Assembly: GCA_049969615.1 (NCBI GenBank)
Contig: JBMFOM010000015.1
Span: forward strand, 1-25,321
Origin: a candidate division WOR-3 bacterium
GTDB lineage: Bacteria > Hydrothermota > Hydrothermia > JBDRYB01
Direction: 5' to 3'
Length of the DNA stretch: 25,321 nucleotides
Below are positions 25,243 through 25,321 of this stretch, piece by piece. The notes under the pieces are model-generated. The model worked only from the letters and a program-made list of their open reading frames with translations. It had not been told where the DNA came from and did no database searches. Position 1 is the first letter of the stretch. The number at the start of each line of letters is the position of its first letter. The position numbers and the translations under genes were made by a program.

Positions 25243-25321
25243 ATAGGAATAAAGGCCGGGAAATTGGCACCATGTTCAGAGGGGGTTCTCAGCGAGACCT
25301 ATTCACATACGCGGACTATTC

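Noticed and set aside
25265-25280. Sigma54 promoter at TGGCAC (also on the - strand at 25167-25162)
   Set aside because: The -24 box is present but there is no GC at the required GG-N10-GC spacing on either strand.

Overview
This is a gene-dense bacterial chromosomal window of mostly core genes, with no transposase, integrase, CRISPR array, tRNA or rRNA visible. The host is probably an anaerobe; this is inferred from nrfHA and a His-type Thi4, and the lineage cannot be assigned from this window. Layout: (1) An ~11.4 kb, almost gap-free + strand run: rplT-pheS-pheT-zapB-like-zapA-like-rarA-rny, then four GT4 glycosyltransferases. (2) A - strand block, in transcription order: SAM methyltransferase-EndoQ, then nrfH-nrfA-DUF438/hemerythrin/PAS protein-cupin, then RluD. 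(3) A + strand run: DUF503-ptsH-ptsI-thi4-TPR lytic transglycosylase. (4) A convergent aldehyde dehydrogenase. The most notable signal not explained by the ORFs is a dispersed intergenic repeat carrying a sigma70-type promoter. It is ~110-120 nt long in front of rplT and rluD (40/47 nt ungapped identity in the core) and partially present in front of the methyltransferase. A shorter 'ATTTTTCAGGGGTTTC'-type sub-motif recurs in most intergenic gaps. Two of these promoters appear to drive leaderless mRNAs.
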